NCBI RefSeq assembly: GCF_009914755.1
Contig: NC_060936.1
Direction: 5' to 3' (one strand)
Length of the DNA stretch: 64,000 nucleotides
Source: the human T2T-CHM13v2.0 reference genome, Homo sapiens
This document shows, piece after piece, positions 53,548-64,000 of this stretch; position 1 is the stretch's first letter, and each line of letters begins with the position of its first letter. The notes beneath the pieces are model-generated. The model ran no database searches, was not told the origin of the DNA, and saw nothing but the letters and a program-made list of their open reading frames with translations. The position numbers were made by a program, and so were the translations under genes.

Positions 53548-55227
53548 CTAATCAAAACAAAGCTGGGGTTATTCCACTACTATTAAACACCAATTCATCA
53601 AAAAGATATAACAGATCTAAGTAGATAAAATATGAAGCCAGTGACTGTAAACAGCATATTAGAGAAGTTTGGCTCTGAAGGAAAGCAAATAACACATGGT
53701 ACCTGAAGACGGGATTTCAAGTCAAAGAAAGAGTTTTTGGTCTTGGTTTTATTCATTTTTGATTTTTTGGTGTTCTTTTCTTATTTGTTTTCATATGAAT
53801 CATATTGAACAAATTTGTATGTTATTGGGAATTATATGAAGTAGAGGTAAAAAGTGAAGTAGCAGGAGGGAGAGAGGATAAATTAAAAATGAAAAAGAAT
53901 GGAATCCACAGAACAAGAGAAAGGACTGAAATTTTATAAAAAGGACTTTTTTTCAGTGTAATAAAGTAAGAGGAAACAGGTATGGTATAGGTATGATAAA
54001 ATAAGAACATTTATCTAATGGTTCCTATTTTCTCAGTTATATATACGGTGACTGAGAGAAGGTTAAAAAGAGACAGATTTCAAAACAAAGAAGGTACAAA
54101 ATAACTATCTCAGAAAGTAGGAAGTTAATCCTACTAATATGATATTAACAGTATTGCCAGGCACTGCTCAATACCAATACCCATTGGAATTGTTTTTTGG
54201 TGTTGTTCTGATTGAGGTCAACTAAATTATTACTAGATTCCTTTCAGTTCATCATATTATGAACACAGTTTAGAACATTTTTCTTAAAGACATTTACTGA
54301 AACTTGTTCTTAATAAAGTCCAGCTGATAGTTTTCCTCCCCTCTCGCAAATCTGTAAAATCTTACTATGGTTAAAATACATACACATGGAGACAAAAAAT
54401 AAACACATGGTCAGAGAGAGACAAAACAGAATGATGAATGGACAGAAAGAGGACATATCCAGAAACGTATGCACAATACACAGACTCATCAACCAAGAGG
54501 TGGAGAAGAGGATAGCAGAGAAAAAAAGACTGGGTAAGGACTACAGCTAGGCCTTCAAAGGGGCAACTGACAAAAACTATCAGAGCAAAATTTGAGCATC
54601 TTCATCTCTTCGTGGCAGTATTATGGGTGAGTGTTATGTTCTTCACATTCCTTATCTCCTTTTTCTATAATCATCCAATATTACTTATTTATTAAAAATA
54701 ATATTAATGCAACTAAAGCTGACTTTTCAAATTTTTGGAATTTTTTTACTTATTTACAATAATTTCTTCATTTTTAATATAATGTATTTATATTTAATAT
54801 AATGTCTTTAATATCAAAGACAAAAGTCCTTACAAAGTCATACATGAAGACAGTAAATAATATGTAAATTTTATAGATAACCCAATTTTTCCTTAGTCCA
54901 ATAACAGTTCATGACAGTACACACACATAAATAGATACTAATTAACCTGTAATTCTTTATAAACAGACGTTTTAAAATCTTCAGTGAGATGACATTAGCA
55001 TTAAAGACAAATTGGCAATATTATTTTTCAGAGTCTTAATGTACACTTTCTCAGTCTCACAACTAGGCACAGGCATATAGCTACAAGTATGTTTCAAAAG
55101 TCACATTCCAACTTTTACAAGAAAAACTTGTGAGAACTTTTCCTATACAAATCACCAATCGTTACACCAAATATTTGCTCATTTTCCCTTAATATTGAAT
55201 TTTATTGCCAAGTTATTATTTTCATAC

Positions 55228-55320
55228 CTCTGAAGAGCTTTCATTATTGACGTCCACTGTGTTTATAGGAGTTGCTGATGAATCTAAATCAGAACCTTGA
55301 GAGCCAACTCTCCCAGGAGT
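55228..55320 (-). CDS. EEA1: EEA1 coding exon 2 (TPGRVGSQGSDLDSSATPINTVDVNNESSSE, aa ~9-39)
   Basis: Manual translation matches the EEA1 N-terminus; ttccag| acceptor and GAG|gtatga donor; 93 nt, phase 0/0. Confidence 0.97.
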
Positions 55321-55618
55321 CTGGAACACAAACAGTAGGGAGGAAAAAAAAACAAAGCAGACATTAACAATATATTCATCGGCCATTTAATAATCTAAAC
55401 CTTTTCACATAAGAAAAGTAGATGTCTTTACAATAATAACAGTACTAACAGTATCATTTATGGAAGAGTGTACCTAATGCTGTATCAAAATCTCTATATA
55501 TGCATTTCTCTCATTTTAAGTCACTTTAAACAAAATGTATACAACACTTTACAAAGTCTTCAAGTCACCTTCACAAAACATCATATTTAATCAAAATGAC
55601 ATCTCTTAAGACAGGTAA

Positions 55619-56541
<923 letters not shown>

Positions 56542-57468
56542 TGATTCAAGTGGTGCAAAAAAGACCAATGCAGCCCAAGTTATCAAGTCCCCATCACCTA
56601 CCACTCAAACCAATCATTACCATCCAGCTCCAATACTTGATATGACACCATCAGAGACACATTTTGGAGGGTTAAAGGTCTTTTCCCCCTGTACCATTTA
56701 TCACTTAGCATTATCATTCATTAAAATCTAGGTGTTACTTTTATATCAAATTGCTTTTTGGATGAATCTGAAACCTAGTAAAACACTGGGTAAAAAGAGA
56801 TTTAGAGCACAAAAACTGACTCAATAATACTCATCAAAAATATATATGGTATATGCTAGCATTATCCACACTTTACAAATGAGGGAACCAAGGCATAGAG
56901 ACTAAGTAAATTGCCCAAGGTCAGATGGGTAATAAATGAAAGAAGGGATTTTAATTAGAGCAGTGTGGCTCTTAATCACTAACCAATACTGCTTCTCTGT
57001 TAGACATCTCCACTGAAATGCCCCTCAATCACCCAAGATTCAAAACACCTCACTACATATTTGCCTCAACATGTGAACATCCTGTACATCACTACTAAAT
57101 GTTCAACCTAAATCCAAATAAGGATGAATTCATAATGCTATATTCATCAAAATGATTATAAAAACTATATACAATGGAAAAATATACACAGTATGATTTA
57201 AATTATATATAAAAACTACTGATATAAGAAAAAAGATTAAAAAGAAATATTCTAAAATTCAAATAATGATTTCTGTAGCAAGACAGGAATCTTCATTTTT
57301 ATTTTTTTCAGTTTTCATTTTGCTACTTTTTTTTTCAGAATTTTAGATCCATACTTGAATTGCTTTTATCTTGAAAAAAATGTTTTATGTTAAAGATAAG
57401 CAAACCTCCAGTTTAATAGCCAGCATTCCTTTTTTTTTCCTCATGCAGATACTTTGCACATTTATTTA

Positions 57469-61625
<4,157 letters not shown>

Positions 61626-61940
61626 TATACAAGTATGCCTATATACTTGTATAATTTTTATATAAATCAGGAAACTAGAACAAGTACAAAATAACAACCA
61701 GTAATTAAAGCTACAGAGAAATTCCCAAACTCTTCTCAAACATACTTCCTCAAAGAAGGGTATAAGATTAAACTTTTATTTTATATTCTGGATAGAGTAT
61801 TAACCTAGCATGCCATGACAAAGGGGAAATAAAATGATCTTGAACCTTTTTTAAAGTACTTATGTTCTTTAGGATTCTCAGAAGAACTCAGGGTTCTGTG
61901 AGGTTCTGTCAACTAAAGAATGACAAAGAAGGAACATTAT

Positions 61941-62438
<498 letters not shown>

Positions 62439-64000
62439 TATGTTTCAATAAAGATGGCTAGAGAACATCAGAGGCACACTTCAGAAAGAGACAGGTATCT
62501 TACTCATGAGTGAAAAAAAAAAAAAACCACAAACATTGTTTAGAGATGGAGGAGGCAATAACTGTATCCTGTCCAAGAATAGTAGCAACCACCACACCAA
62601 GGCTTATCCAAAACAGGTAGAAAGTGGCAGAATTTCAATAAAGTACTAAAGATGAAGAATGCAAAATGAATCTCTGGCCAAAGGCAAAAAAAAAAAAAAT
62701 GAGAGGAGCTGGATATGAGGGGTCTCCATTTGGTTGTCGATACCAGGAGACAGTACCCACTACCCGAAATGATGAAATTGTAAGGCTTTCATCCTCAGAG
62801 AAGTCAGAGAAGGTTAAGCCAACTGAATACATGAGTGAAATAAACATGAATTTTAGATACCACCAATCTAGATCAAATCTCACTTCAGCCTAACTTCAAT
62901 TTGCTACAGGCTTTAGAGAGGCTGCACTTTATTGCCAGGTCTTGGAGCCTGAGCACTACCTCCTGCCTCAGCGTGGTCGCTGACCCTTCTTCTGGGAGGT
63001 TTCCACTTTCTAGACAAGCAGACAAAGCTTGTGAAATAATCAAAGCAGTGATGCCAAGGATGTCATGGCAGAAGGCCTGGGTTCCTGAGTCACTGAGAGC
63101 TCAGAGGGCTGGATTTGACATTCCTGATGCATTACACAGGCACATTCATCCTGCTGACACTGTAATCTGTCCTCATTGGGAAAGTTAGGATCATCTTCCT
63201 GGGCACTGAATAGGGTCAGCTTTTAATCTGGTCTCTTCACTTTGTAGTGGGACAAAAGGTGTTGGAAGAATTAGGGGAGAGGGTGCAGTGGGCCTCTACT
63301 TTCTCCTTCCTCTTGCTCGTTCTCATTTTCTTTGTCCTTACAATCTTCCTAAAATGCCTATGCTTTTTTGGAAGTTGATCTAGCTTTCTTTTCTGGACTG
63401 GAGGCACAGCAGGATATTGTGAAACCTCAGCCACATGACTCTTGGGTGTCTCCTCCAATGGCTCTGATAATGATTCCAAACTTCTCTTCAGAGGGTGAAC
63501 TTCCATTCTCCCTTGGGTGGAATTTATCTTCCACATCTTGAGTATTTGGTGATGAACGTTCAAGTCTTTAGTGACATGTTTGGGAGACTGGAGATTCCTA
63601 AAGTCTGTCACTGAGGACTTTTTTTTTAAAACCTACTATGCTGATCCTAGCCAGCTTTGCAGAAACAAGGAATCACAACAAAAGGGACCAAAAGTCAAAT
63701 GATATTTTTAAAATGGTAGTTAGCACCCTGACTGTTTCCAATGACGTATCCTTAGCTATCACAGATACAGGAGATATACTCATTTCAGATTTCTCCCCTC
63801 GACTTATCTAAAGGCATTCAATGGCCTTCAGAAATAAAGTCCTCAAGTTGTTCTTAACCTAGGGAATCTCAGATTTCCTAGTATAGTATGGAAGAGCAGG
63901 CCTCAGTCTCTACAGTCCCTTTAAATTTTCCCAAAATCTAACATTCTAAAACTGTCTAAATTTATCCAGAGTATGTCTTTACTGTGTGTTTTTTTTTTAC

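Overview
Primate (very likely human) genomic DNA lying entirely inside EEA1 (early endosome antigen 1), transcribed on the minus strand. Nine canonical coding exons (exons 2-10 by my recollection of the canonical mRNA, about residues 9-305) were located by hand. All have AG/GT boundaries and join in frame. They encode the N-terminal Rab5-binding C2H2 zinc finger and the start of the coiled coil; exon 1 and exon 11 onward lie outside the window. The introns hold two processed pseudogenes antisense to EEA1 (MAT2A with its full METTL16-hairpin 3'UTR, and HNRNPA1). They also contain about 40 Alu pieces, L1/L2/MIR remnants, Tigger1/Tigger2a/Tigger4/Charlie DNA transposons and several LTRs. Most notable is a cryptic 126-nt, frame-preserving exon at 35004-35129 (minus). 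It encodes a diverged second copy of the EEA1 C2H2 finger that keeps all zinc ligands and the Rab5-contact motif, so it would give a tandem double-zinc-finger EEA1 isoform. Almost all other ORFs in the track are Alu, simple-repeat or pseudogene artefacts. Repeat family names are from memory of consensus sequences and their boundaries are approximate.
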